Shown in pieces: positions 50,057-62,949 of a stretch of DNA of 64,000 nucleotides. The position numbers and the translations under genes are program-made. Under the pieces are notes generated by a model that did no database searches, was not told where the DNA came from, and saw nothing but the letters and a program-made list of their open reading frames with translations. This DNA comes from Octopus sinensis (Eukaryota), in NCBI RefSeq assembly GCF_006345805.1, contig NC_043014.1, positions 43,710,001-43,774,000 of the forward strand. The letters run 5' to 3'. Numbering within the stretch: the first letter of the stretch is position 1; the number at the start of each line of letters is the position of its first letter.

Positions 50057-50612
50057 TGTATCAGTGTATAGTGGTGACTTACTGTATTTAGCTTAATATT
50101 GGAAGCAAACTCGATCATCATTTTGGAGAGTAAATAGCATTTTTATCTAACCATATTCTATGTTTGTTAATTGTGCAGAAAAAGTGAGAATAGATAAGGA
50201 GAGACTATCTATGTACGAGTGTCTTACCACTAACGCACTTTCCCCCGTTCTCCTCCTTCATTACATATTTCTTATGCATACACACAGTATGCTCTTAGAG
50301 AAATACAAATACGCCAGTTTTATCAGAATCCGTATAACTTAAAACATGGTGGCTTTGGGTAGCGGGGTGTGTGCAGTGTGGGTTTGGTGGGGTTAGGTGT
50401 ACTTCATTGCACTCTCGAAACCTTTTCTGACAAAGTATGAAGATTCGATCAAAAGAAGTAGGTCACACATTTGATGTATACAACTACCAACATTACCATT
50501 GCCATCTCTCGCAAACGTACACAAACATTTCATATTTTGTCGAGAGAAAAACATTAAAAACGTTAGAAGAAATATTCTGACTTAATATTCTTTAAAAAAC
50601 AAAAAAGCAAAA

Positions 50613-51006
50613 GGGCGCAGGAGTGGCTGTGTGGTAGGTAGCTTGTTTACCAACCACATGCTTCCGGGTTCAGTCCCACTGTGTGGCACCTTGGGCAAGT
50701 GTCTTCTACTATAGCCTCGGGCCGACCAAAGCCTTGTGAGTGGATTTGGTAGACGGAAACTCAAAGAAGCCTGTCATATATATGTATATATATATATGTG
50801 TGTGTGTGTTTGTCCCCCTAGCATTGCTTGACAACCGATGCTGGTGTGTTTATGTCCCCGTTACTTAGCGGTTCAGCAAAAGAGACTGATAGAATAAGTA
50901 CTGGGCTCACAAAAGAATAAGTTCCGGGGTCGAGTTGCTTGATTAAAGGCGGTGCTCCAGCATGGCCGCAGTCAAATGACTGAAACAAGTAAAAGAGTAA
51001 AAGAGA
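50613..51006 (+). mobile_element. S1 SINE
   Basis: Full length. Confidence 0.9.
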
Positions 51007-51325
51007 ATGATGATAAAATTCTTTTGATTTTTTTCTTTACACCTGCTCTCAGGTGTGGCTGTGAAGTTAAGCGGGTCCCTTTGCAACCATGTAGTTCCTG
51101 GTTCATTTTCAGGGTTGCACGGCACTATGGGCAGTTGTCTGCCACTGGAAGCTTGAGCTTACCTTGTGATTTGAACTTTGGCTGATGGAAACTGTGCAGA
51201 AGCTCCTCTTTTGTGCTTCCACATTTGTTTCATTTGCTTCATCTTTTACTTGTTGCAGTCAATTACGCTGTGGCCATACTGGAGCACCATCTTGAAGAAT
51301 TTCAGTTGAACAAATTGGTCCCATT

Positions 51326-51849
51326 AGGATCTTTACCTTTTGACCTACAATTTAAAAAATAATTTTTTGTAACTAAACACTTTCAAACTTCGGACACTGG
51401 TAGAATGTGTCATATAAAACATCTTTTACTCTTAGCATTTTTGAGAAAAACTTATAATTACGTAAATATTTCACCTTAAAGTTCTCGTATTTCGGTAATT
51501 TCAACCAATCAATGACGTGTATTCAGCTGAATAAAATTACTGCCGCTGTTTGTCAACAATAACTTCCGGCGGTAAATTTTTTTTGTCACTGTTATTTATG
51601 ACATCGTTCGTGCATTTGTACTGATTTTAGGGTTAGGGTGTTACGGTTGGGGTTTTAGGGTTAGGGTTATCATAAATAACAGTGATAAATGAAATATACA
51701 CTGCCAGAAGTTCTTGTTAACGAACAACAGCAGTAATTTTATTCAGCTGAATACACGTCATTGATTGGTTGAAATTACAGAAATACGAGAAATTTAAGGT
51801 GAAATATCTTTGTAAATATAAGTCTTTCTCAGAAACTGTAAAGAATCCC
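51326..51849. mobile_element. Fold-back element with TTAGGG-containing loop
   Basis: Inverted arms of ~135 bp (about 51465-51600 versus 51672-51810) around TTTTAGGGTTAGGG..TTTTAGGGTTAGGGTT. Ends GGATCTTTAC / GTAAAGAATCCC. Confidence 0.8.
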
Positions 51850-52561
51850 ATTGTGTGTGTGTGTGTGTGTTTGTCCATCACTGCTGACTAACTGCTGTGT
51901 TGGTGTGTTCATATCCTCATAACTTAGCAGTTCGGCAAAAGAGACTGATAGAATAAGTACCAGGTTTTAAAAAATAAGTACTAGGGTCGATGCATTCGAT
52001 TAAGAGTTCTCCAAGGCGGTGCCCCAGCATGGCCACAGTCTCATGACTGAAACATGTAAAAGATAAACGATATGCCAGAGCCAGTCAGTCTGTGATTTGG
52101 GAACACTAAGCCTAAAACGAGAGCACTTCAAGGTGACTTCAAATTGCACTTGTCTAACCCCTGCTTGCACAAATTCTAACTACTGGACTTTTAGGGTTTA
52201 AAGTCCCCAAATAATTATTATGAAAAAAGAAAAGGAAAAGGAATAGCAAAAAATAATCAAGGATATAATAAATTACCTCATGTGTTGTGTGGATTATTAA
52301 TATCCTCGTATTAGGGCCTTTAGAGAAAATAAATCAAATTTTGAAATTAGCAAAATCCTGGCAATCCATTTTAGTAAACCCGTCTTAGTAAATAAGTGAT
52401 AGGGGAAGAAATGTGGAGGTGGGGGGGGGGGAGAAAGTGAGAAATGGCTTAGTTGATGCCATCAAGTAAAAAGCAATTAATGTTACGGCTGACATATGAA
52501 AACATGCCTGCAATTATTTAAGTTAATTATAAACATTTTCATGAAATAGATAGGTTAGCCT

Positions 52562-52603
<42 letters not shown>

Positions 52604-53905
52604 GCAATCAGAAATGAGATTTTAAATCTTATCCTTCAACTCTTGAGTTTTTCTCCTCTCAGTTCTGTTGAGCATCCAATCCATGAAACACAAATTTTCT
52701 TCCCCTATTTTCCCCCTTTTTTTTTTTTTTTTGCTTTTGATTTTTTTTTTTTTTAATAAAGTAGTTGAGAAGAAATTTATAAAGTGAGAAAAGAATTCTG
52801 AAATTGAAATAGGGTTTTCAGAGGCACAGGCATGGCTGTTCCCAAACCACATAGTTCTAGGTTCACTCCTACTGCATGGCACCTTGGGCAAAAAATGTTT
52901 CCTACAATAGCCTCCTACTATATGACTGTATTATAATCTTAGATTTGTAAAAAAAAAAACAAAAAAACAATTGTATTCTGTATACTTTGTATTCTCAGCC
53001 GAAGCATCTTTAATCATAGGTCAACTGGACCAGCGCCAACCTAGGGCTAATCAACAACTGCTAATGAGTTTTCTGTGACAGCTGAGCACCGTAACATAGA
53101 TCAAATTGAGTATACACTGGATATCTAAAATTACAGTAGGGAGTACACACGTGCACGCCCCACCCTCCTCATGCGCACGCGTTTGTTCTATACTTAGGTT
53201 TCTCCTTCATCATTGATCGAGTTTCTCTTTTATTTATAAGGTTATTTCTTGCTTTGCTAACTACTAATCTGTATTAAATTATATGGGTAGCAAATTACAT
53301 GAGGAGCAAATTCAATTTTCACTGCTTGCATCTCAAGATTTAATTATTGTTTATGTAGAAAATAAAACTAGCGTTTGGGTCTGAAGAAGAAATGTTTTAG
53401 GTCTTCTACACAGCTCCTGCAATACTGCAATAATGGTGACATGCATAAACCATTTGAGAAAATGAAAATGGGAAATTTTTTTTTTTTTTTTTTTTTTTTA
53501 TTATTCCAGGTTTTGGTTAATGTTTCCTCTCTGAGGTAAACTAAAAGAAATTGGATCTTGTTTTATGATGGATATTACGATTGAAAGAAATGAAAGAAAG
53601 AGAAAAATAATGTAATTTCTTTGGTGTCCACTGTGGGAAAGAAAGGCAAAGCTGGTCCGGAAGCCTTGATTCTGTAATGTCTCTGCTTTTCTGTGTCATA
53701 GATGTCACTATTAGACTCAAGATGTCGTGAGTCATGTGAGTCATGGAAAGATGTGTTAAGAGGCAGAGAAAATATCTCTTGAACCCTTGGCAAACCAATT
53801 TTGCATCCCGGTTTTCAATTCTCATTGATAGCTATTTCACTTCACTTAAATTTCTTTTGAGATTTTTTGCAAGACATTAAACTTTGTTAATTTGTTTTTC
53901 CTTAC

Positions 53906-54284
53906 TCTTTTACTTGTTTCAGTCATTTTGACTGCGGCCATGCTGGAGCACCGCCTTTAGTCGAGCAAATCGACCCCAGGACTTATTCTTTGTAAACCTA
54001 GTAATTTATTCTTTCGGTCTCTTTTGCCAAACTGCTAAGTTACGGGGACGTAAAAACACCAGCATCGGTTGTCAATCGATGTTGGGGGGACAAACACACA
54101 CACACACACATATACATATATGACGGGCCTCTTTCAGTTTCCGTCTACCAAATCCACTCACAAGGCTTTGGTCGGCCCGAGGCTATAGTAGAAGACACTT
54201 GCCCAAGGTGCCACGCAGTGGGACTTAACCCGGAACCGTGTGGTTGTGAAGCAAGCTACTTACCACACAGCCACTCCTGTGCCT
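53906..54284 (-). mobile_element. S1 SINE
   Basis: Full-length reverse complement. Confidence 0.9.
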
Positions 54285-54469
54285 GTAAAGAAAAGAAAAA
54301 AAAAATTAATTTCATATTTCTGTAGAAAAAAATAATGGAAACTTTAGCCATGTGTTGCAGTTTTTGTTATTGCTGTTAACTTAACTCTTATTACTCCTAT
54401 GATCAAATGTTCTCCAACTACGTCAATGTTGTCTTATTTTCAGGCATAGTATACCTAGGACTACAATAT

Positions 54470-55430
54470 TCAAATATGTCCTTAATTTTTAAGACAGTAG
54501 GCTATGATTTTTAGAGAGATTTGGTTGTCATTTCTAGCAGGTTGAGTTGTCACATAAATCTCTCCTGTTGGCTCAAAACACATTTATCTTTCTCTGTAAC
54601 TTTCTAGAATAATAAAAGATCTAGGCCTACGTTATCCAATATGCTCTTTATTTTTTAAGACAGTAGGCTATGATTTTTAGAGAGATTTGTTGTCATTTCT
54701 AGCAGTTGAGTTGTCACATAATCTCTCCTGTTGGCTCAAAAACATTTATCTTTCTCTGTAACTTCTAGAATAATAAAAGATCTAGGCCTACGTTATCCAA
54801 TATGCTCTTTATTTTTTAAGACAGTAGGCTATGATTTTTAGAGAGATTTGGTTGTCATTTCTAGCAGGTTGAGTTGTCACATAAATCTCTCCTGTTGGCT
54901 CAAAACACATTTATCTTTCTCTGTAACTTTCTAGAATAATAAAAGATCTAGGCCTACGTTATCCAATATGCTCTTTATTTTTTAAGACAGTAGGCTATGA
55001 TTTTTAGAGAGATTTGGTTGTTATTTCTAGCAGGTTGAATAGTCACATAAATCTCCGTTGTTGGCTCAAAACACACATTTATTTTTCTCCGTAACTTTCT
55101 GGAAAAATAAAAGATCTAGGGTTATATGATCCAATGTGTTCTTTATTTTTTAAGACAGTAGGGTATGATTTTCTTTTTTTTTAGAGAGATTTGGTTGCTA
55201 TTTCTAGCAGGTTGAGTAAACACATAAATCTCCGTTGTTGGCTCAAAACACACATTTATTTTTCTCCGTAACTTTCTGGAAAAATAAAAGATCTAGGCCT
55301 ACATTTTCCAATATGTTCTTTATTTTTTTAAGACAGTAGGGTATGATTTTCTGTTTTTTTAGAGAGATTTGGTTGCTATTTCTAGCAGGTTGCATAATCT
55401 CGTAAATTTCCGGTGTTGGCTTGAAGCGCA
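54470..55430. repeat. Tandem array of a ~166-bp unit, ~5.7 copies
   Basis: AAGACAGTAG at 54491, 54657, 54818, 54984, 55152 and 55330. Confidence 0.92.
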
Positions 55431-55740
55431 TGTTGTTAACCTTTCATAATAACTTTCTGGCAGAAGTAAAAGCAGAAGAAATAAAAGACGGCAAAAAAAA
55501 ACAAAAGAAAAACTGTCAAAGTGTTGAAGTGAAATAAAGCTCTTATTCTGAGAAAACTTTTAAAACTTTCTATTCTATAAGAAACATCTGCTCCCACAGA
55601 AATGTCTGATCTATGAAACACATGTAGTGTGGAATACAAAGAGAACAACAATGTATTGATGATGGGGAAGCTATTCATCTGAAATAATGAATCATTTCTT
55701 CTTTCAGTCACAGCAATATATGTTCGGTGGATAATTTACA

Positions 55741-57276
55741 GCAATGTCTGTCGTGTATAAACTTCACTTTGGTGACAGATTAATGCTGAAAGATATTTAA
55801 TTTGTACTTTAGGACTTCTGTAAACTTACCAACAGGCCATGAATGTGACATGGTCAGTCGTGTCTTTCTGTTGTTCTATGTAAAATGAGATAGCAGAAAA
55901 CACTATCTACCATTTTGGGATCTTTTCGGTTTGAACGAACAGCAGTTTTTTCTAGCGGTGTCATATGAAATTGTCACCCATAATTATGACCCTAGTATCG
56001 ATCTATTGCATTTCAATCTGTTTTAGGTTTAGGGTTAGGGGTGGGGGGAAGGGTATCTTTTTTTCTTCACAAATGTAAATAAACCCAATCTTTTTCTTAG
56101 ACGAGGGGCATATTCATATGGCACTGGATGTTTTTTTTTACCTCAATGGACGTCATTGATTGGTTGAAATTGCAGAAATTGAAGAAAAAAAGCAACAAAT
56201 ATCTCACATGGCAATGTCTGTCGTGTATAAACTTCACTTTGGTGACAGATTAATGCTGAAAGATATTTAATTTGTACTTTAGGACTTCTGTAAACTTACC
56301 AACAGGCCATGAATGTGACATGGTCAGTCGTGCCTTTCTGTTGTTCTATGTAAAGTGAGATAGCAGAAAACTTTATCTACCATTTTTGGATCTTTTCGGT
56401 TTGAACGGCAGTTTTTTCTAGCGGTGTCATATGAAATTGTCACCCATAATTATGATCCTAGTATCGCTCTATTGCATTTCAATCTGTTTTATGGTTAGGG
56501 TTAGGGTTAGGGTGGGGGAAGGGTATCTTTTTTTCTTCACAAATGTAAATAAACCCAATCTGTTTCTTAAACGAGGGACATTCATACGGCACATAATGTT
56601 TTTTTTTACCTCAATGGACGTCATTGATTGGTTGAAATTGCAGAAATTGAAGAAAAAAGCAACAAATATCTTACATGGTGATGTCTGTCATGTATAACCT
56701 TCACTTTGGTGACAGATTAATGCTGAAAGATATTCGGTTTGTACTTTAGGACTTCAAGTAAACTGACCAACAGGACATGAATGTGACATGGTCACTCGTG
56801 TCTTTCTGTTGTTCTATGTAAAATGAGATAGCAGAAAACACTATCTACCATTTTGGGATCTTTTCGGTTTGAACGAACAGCAGTTTTTTCTAGCGGTGTC
56901 ATATGAAATTGTCACCCATAATTATGACCCTAGTATCGATCTATTGCATTTCAATCTGTTTTAGGTTTAGGGTTAGGGGTGGGGGGAAGGGTATCTTTTT
57001 TTCTTCACAAATGTAAATAAACCCAATCTGTTTCTTAAACGAGGGACATATTCATACGGCACAGAATGTTTTTTACCTCAATGGACGTCATTGATTGGTT
57101 GAAATTGCAGAAATTGAAGAAAAAAACAACAAATATCTTACAAACTATAGAATTTTCTCAATAAAGCCAAGAGAAAAAGATGTTTTATAAACACATTCTA
57201 CCAGTATATGATGTTTAAAATTTTTTAGTTACCTAGAAATTATGTTAAAATCTGCCGTTCAAACCAAAAAGATCCC
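55741..57276. repeat. Triplicated ~470-bp unit (host flank + 5' part of a TTAGGG-bearing TIR element) ending in the complete element 56855-57276
   Basis: Units start at 55741, 56211 and 56678. TIR GGGATCTTTTCGGTTTGAAC / GTTCAAACCAAAAAGATCCC, with CATTTT on both sides. Confidence 0.9.
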
Positions 57277-58009
57277 CATTTTGTTCTGCCAAAACATTTA
57301 GTTTTTATAAATTTTTGTGTGTGTGTGTGTTTTTTTTTTCTTATTATTATTGTTTTACTTTTGTTTTCTGATCCAAACATGATAGCTTGGCCATAAGTTA
57401 ATGCAGTGCTTTCCAATATTTTGAGGCTGCCAAAACACTTGAATCTTGCTAAAAAATAAGGCAATACACCTAAAATATGCTAAATATGGTTGTTAATAAT
57501 TTAAATACCTGTTCAGGTAAACAGTCAGGTTATCAGAATAAACATGGTGTGGCTGTATGGGTAAGAAACTTGGTTTGCAATCACGTGGTTTTGAGTTCAG
57601 TCCCACTGTGCACCACCTTAGGCAAGTGTTTTCTACTATAACTCCGAGCCAATTAATGCCTTGCAAGTAAATTTGGTAGATGGAAACTGTATGGGAGCCT
57701 TTCATGCATGTGTGTGTGTGTTTTCGTTTTGAAACCCCCACCACCAAGCCACATGCTGGACAACTGGTTTGCTTACACCTCCGTAAATTAGCATTTTGGC
57801 AAAAGAGACTGATAGAATAAGTACCAGATTTAAAGAGAAGGGGACATGAAGGGGTGCTGTAAAGTTCCTGGCTTTAAGATTATCGCGAAAAGGCCTGGTT
57901 GGAAGTCCAACCTTCCAAGTTCTTTTACTGGGCTTGGAAAAACTGAAGGGCTCCTGCAATAAGTGTGTGAATATTCTTCTATAATTCCCTAAGTCCTTTG
58001 ATTTGGCCA

Positions 58010-58330
58010 TTGACTTTGCCTTTCAACCTTTCGGGGTCGCTAAATTAAATACCAGTTACGCACGGGGGTCGATCTAATCGACTTAATCCATTTGTCTGTC
58101 CTTGTTTGTCCCCTCTGTGTTTAGCCCCTTGTGGGTAGTAAAGAAATAGGCATTTCATCTGCCGTTACATTCTGAGTTCAAATTCTGCCGAGGTCGACTT
58201 TGCCTTTCATCCTTTCGGGGTCGCTAAATTAAGTACCAGTTACGCACTGGGGTTGATGTAATCAAGTTAATCCCTTTGTCTGTCCTTGTTTGTCCCCTCT
58301 ATGTTTAGCCCCTTGTGGGCAATAAAGAAA
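58010..58330 (+). mobile_element. S2 SINE dimer, part of a local duplicate of 59.6-60.1 kb
   Basis: Same junction, followed by the same unique flank as at 59992. Confidence 0.85.
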
Positions 58331-58847
58331 CATATTCCTCTATAATTCCTTAAGTCCTTTGATTTGGCCGTCCCGTTCCCTAAGGGCAACCACTGGGCCA
58401 TTTATCTCTTATCACTTTTTAAAGATATGTATTAAGTTATAAGAAAGAGACAGTACATATGGTAATGAATAAAAACATAATTAACTGGATCTTCGATATT
58501 TTCTGTTACCTAAAAACCAGGAACTTTTCAGTATCCTCTTGTAAGTACTGGTGTTGACTTATTTGACTAAAACCCTTGAAGGTAGTACCGCAGGATGTCT
58601 GCTGTCCAATGACTGAATCAAGTGAAGGTTGTTTTTTTTTGTTTTAACTCTTAATTTTTTTTTTTGTCTTTTCTAATAATGGCATCTACTCCACTGGAGA
58701 TCTTGAATATTCAACAGGTTACATCAACTCCATGGTTTAATATTCATTAAATAGAACATATTAAGGGTTTTGGTGGGACACTAAACATGCACAGGTTAAA
58801 ACAGTAAGGAAAACATCATAGATAAAAAAAAGAAAGATTTCAACGTT

Positions 58848-59024
58848 AGACGCAGGAGTGGCTGTGTGGTAAGTAGCTTGCTAACCAACCACATGGTTCT
58901 GGGTTCAGTCCCACTGCATGGCATCTTGGGCAAGTGTCTTCTGCTATAGCCCCGGGCTGACCAATGCCTTGTGAGTGGATTTGGTAGACGGAAACTGAAA
59001 GAAGCCTGTCGTATATATGTATAT

Positions 59025-59070
<46 letters not shown>

Positions 59071-59303
59071 ATATATATATGTATGTGTTTGTGTGTCTGT
59101 GTTTGTCCCCCTAGCAATGCTTGACAACCGATGCTGGTGTGTTAACGTCCCCGTCACTTAGCGGTTCGGCAAAAGAGACCGATAGTATAAGTACTGGGCT
59201 TACAAAGAATAAGTCCCGGGGTCGATTTGCTCGACTAAAGGCGGTGCTCCAGCATGGCCGCAGTCAAATGACTGAAACAAGTAACAAGAGTAAAAGAGAG
59301 AGT
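58848..59303 (+). mobile_element. S1 SINE
   Basis: Full length. Confidence 0.9.
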
Positions 59304-59535
59304 AACCTGGAATAATTTTGCTGCCACCTGTGTAATCGTATGGTTGAGTAATTAATGTTAATTATTAATAGTTGCAATCTATTTCCTGCCGACCACTCAA
59401 CTGTGGATTCAAGATAAAACTGGTTTGTAAAGCCAAAGAAAATGAAACATTGGTCAAGGACAGCAAGCAGCTGTTGTGGGTAGGCTTGAAAAACTCAACA
59501 ACAACTGTTTTTGTGAATACTCCTCTATAATTCCT

Positions 59536-59991
59536 CAAGGCGGTGGTGAGCTGGCAGAAACGTTAGCACACCGGGTGAAGTGCTTAGCGGTATTTTGTCT
59601 GACGTTACATTCTGAGTTCAAATTCCGCCAAGGTCGACTTTGCCTTTCATCCTTTCGGGGTCGATAAATTAAGTACCAGTTACGCACTGGGGTCGATATA
59701 ATCAACTTAATACCTTTGTCTGTCCTTGTTTGTCCTCTTTGTGTTTAGCCCCTTGTGGGTAGTAAAGAAATAGGTATTTCGTCTGCCATTACATTCTGAG
59801 TTCAAATTCTGCCGAGGTCGACTTTGCCTTTCATCCTTTCTGGATCGATAAATTAAGTACCAGTTACACACTGGGGTCGATTAAATAAGTACCAGTTACG
59901 CACTGGGGTCGATGTAATCGACTTAATCCTTTTGTCTGTCCTTGTTTGTCCCCTCTATGTTTAGCCCCTTGTGGGCAATAAAGAAATAGTT
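59536..59991 (+). mobile_element. S2 SINE dimer with 15-bp TSD
   Basis: TCCTCTATAATTCCT at 59521-59535 and 59992-60006; units start at 59590 and 59774. Confidence 0.9.
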
Positions 59992-60594
59992 TCCTCTATA
60001 ATTCCTTAAGTCCTTTGATTTGGCTGTCCCATTCCCTAAGGGCAGCCACTGGGCCATTCATCTCTTATTGCTTTTTAAAGATATGTATTAAGTTATAAGA
60101 AAGAGACAGTACATATGGTAATGAAAATAAAATCCACCATAGACAAGTATTATATCTTCTGACCAAAATGCATTTAAATGTTGAAAAAACACAAAAAATG
60201 AAATTGTTCAGAGATTGTAAGTCAGTAGAATGTAATGCATCAAAGCTTTGAAACTTTGTGTTTTGATAGAGGTTTGTGAGTTCAATATTGATTCTCTCTC
60301 CTACCTCCCATATATATATGTGTATATTATGGAACATTGGATTTTCAAAATCTTTATATAAAGCTGTAAGTAAAAGCATGTAAAATATTGATTTGAAAAT
60401 TCATCTTTGAGATAGAAAAAGTCAGATTCCCATGGGCAGCATTGAACTTTTTCCATCTAAAAGGGTTTCTCATCCCAATATTTACATGCTGTTATTTATA
60501 GTTTTATGTGAAATCTTTCAAGATTCTATGTTCCAAAAATGAATCGTTTCACATTTCCCCAAAAGCTTAGAAGGTTGTTGTGATGTCAACAGCG

Positions 60595-60960
60595 TGTGTG
60601 TGTGTGTGGTAAGAAGCTTGCTTCCCAACCACATGATTCTGAGTTCAATCCCACTGTGTGGCACCTTAGGCAAGTGTCTTCCACTATAACCTTGGGCTGA
60701 CCAAAGTTTTATGAGTGGATTTGGTAGGCAGAAAGTGAAAGAAGTCCACCGTGTGTGTGTGTGTGTGTTTGTCCCCCCAACATCGCTTGACAACTGATGC
60801 TGGTGTGTTTACGTCCCCGTAACTTAGCAGTTTGGCAAAAAGAGACCGATAGAATAAGTACTAGGCTTACAAAGAATAAGTCCTGGGGTCAATTTGATCG
60901 AGTAAAAGCAGTGCTCCAGCATGGCCGCAGTCAAATGACTGAAACAAGTCAAAGAGTAAT
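60595..60960 (+). mobile_element. S1 SINE (further diverged fragments near 8275, 21625, 35405, 47215, 49270, 51030, 51850, 52825, 57545)
   Basis: Head, core and tail present. Confidence 0.85.
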
Positions 60961-61841
60961 TGCTAAATATTTCTAGTACATATATTGTTGTGGACTGAAT
61001 GAGAGGGATCAGCCAGAATGGTTTTCAATCCTGTGTTGAGGTTTCCTCAATATATGAATATATTAGGACAAGATGTTGACATTTGTTTCTGCATACAGCG
61101 TCAGCTAAAAATCTATAGATGCATTCTGTATCCCTGTATATAGTAAAACACTGTTAAAGTATGAGTAATTTTGTGTTTGTGCCTGTCAAAACATCAGTGT
61201 CTCAGGATGCCATGCACTAATGAACCAAGTGTGTCGAATGCACTGCCATCCTAAATGGGAGAAGTTATTCTCCTGTGACATGCACTACGGCAACTAGCAT
61301 ATTTCATGTCTGAACCTGCCTAGACTTGTCGAGAATAAATATGCAAATGACTGATTTAGTTTTTATATTTTTTAAAGTTCAAATCCTAGTATTACTCAGA
61401 TGTCACTAAAAGTTGTGACCTTTGTCTGTCTCTGTATCTCTCTCTCTCTCTCTCTCTCTCATATCTCTCTCCCTTCCTCTCCCTCTAATGTCTCTCTCTC
61501 TCCCTTCCTCCCCCTCTCCCTTCCTCCTCTGTCTCTCTCCCTCTCATGTCTCTCTCCCTTTCTCCCCTGTCTCTCTTCTCCCTCCCTCTCTTAGTGTTAG
61601 GGGTGATTGAGTATGGAAGTGTATTCTTGATGATGATGATCCTTTCTCTATTAACCACAAGGCCTGAAATTTTGGGGGAAGGTTTAAATCGATTACTTCA
61701 CCCCAAATACTCAAGTGGTACTTAATTTATCGACTCCGACTGAATATGACCTCGACTAAATTTGAACTTGGAACATAAAGACCAACTGAATTCCACTAAG
61801 CATTTTGCCTGGCGTGCTAATGATTCTACCAGCTCACCACC

Positions 61842-61844
<3 letters not shown>

Positions 61845-61880
<36 letters not shown>

Positions 61881-62005
61881 GTAATAATAATAGTAATAAT
61901 AATAATAATAATGATAGTAATAATAATAATAATAATAGTAATAGTAATAATAATAATAGTAATGATAATAATAATAGTAATAATAATAATAATGATAATA
62001 ATAAT
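61845..62005. repeat. (AAT)n/(AGT)n microsatellite
   Basis: Read directly from the sequence. Confidence 0.95.
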
Positions 62006-62949
62006 CCTTTCCACTACAGGCACAAGGCCTAAAAGTTTGGAGTAGAGGGTGGGTACACTGGCCCCAGTACTGAACTAGTACTTATTTTATTGACCCTTAA
62101 ATAACGAGAGGCAAACTCAACCGTGGTGGAATTTGAACTCGACTGACGAAAATGCTTTGTGGCATTTTGTCCAGCACGTTCATGATTCTGCCATCTCAGA
62201 ATAAATACCAAGAAAGAAATTCTTAGATAAAACTATAATAGAAAATTTCAATTTAAATGTGGGGGGTTTTAAAAATGAGATGTTTTATATCATAGCGCCA
62301 AAGGCAGTCCTAGCTGGGTTGGTATCAGCAGGGTTAATTTTTTTTTTTTTTATATATATATATATTTTCTACATTCTTTCTAAATTCAAATCTAAGCTTT
62401 TCATTTCTCTAGGGGGGTGAGGGTCATTGATATTAAGATCACTGGTCTCAATTTAAGCTAACTATCTACCTCTTCCTGCAACAAATATTCATGGCCTGTA
62501 GCAATGTAAAAAAAAAAGAATGATAAAATGACAAAAAAATCAATATCCATTTGGGTTCTATTAGTGTAGAAAATTGGATGTACGGAAAAGTTAAATATAG
62601 TGGAAAATTATGATGCATCAATTTCTTACTAGTTTTAATTTATTAAAGCACTTGGATAAGTCGTGTAAAGATACGATGTGTTGCTTTCATCCAATGTACT
62701 GTCTGTGCTCTCAACTGTGGTGAATGTCTGTGTGTATGTACATGTGTGTGTGCGTGTGTGTGAAATTTATCCTCAAACATTCTTTTTTGTATAATGTTAT
62801 TTTATATGGAAAGTACTCTTCGTCTCTTGTTTTGCATACTCTGACGCACGCGTACCAATTCACCCACTCTCGTAATCACAGTCTACGATATAAGCACAAA
62901 ATTAAACACACACATACACATACTCATTTGGTGCACATATATATATAAA

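Noticed and set aside
51625-51675. True telomere or chromosome fusion site
   Set aside because: Only 2-3 TTAGGG units, embedded in a dispersed TIR family, with no head-to-head CCCTAA array.
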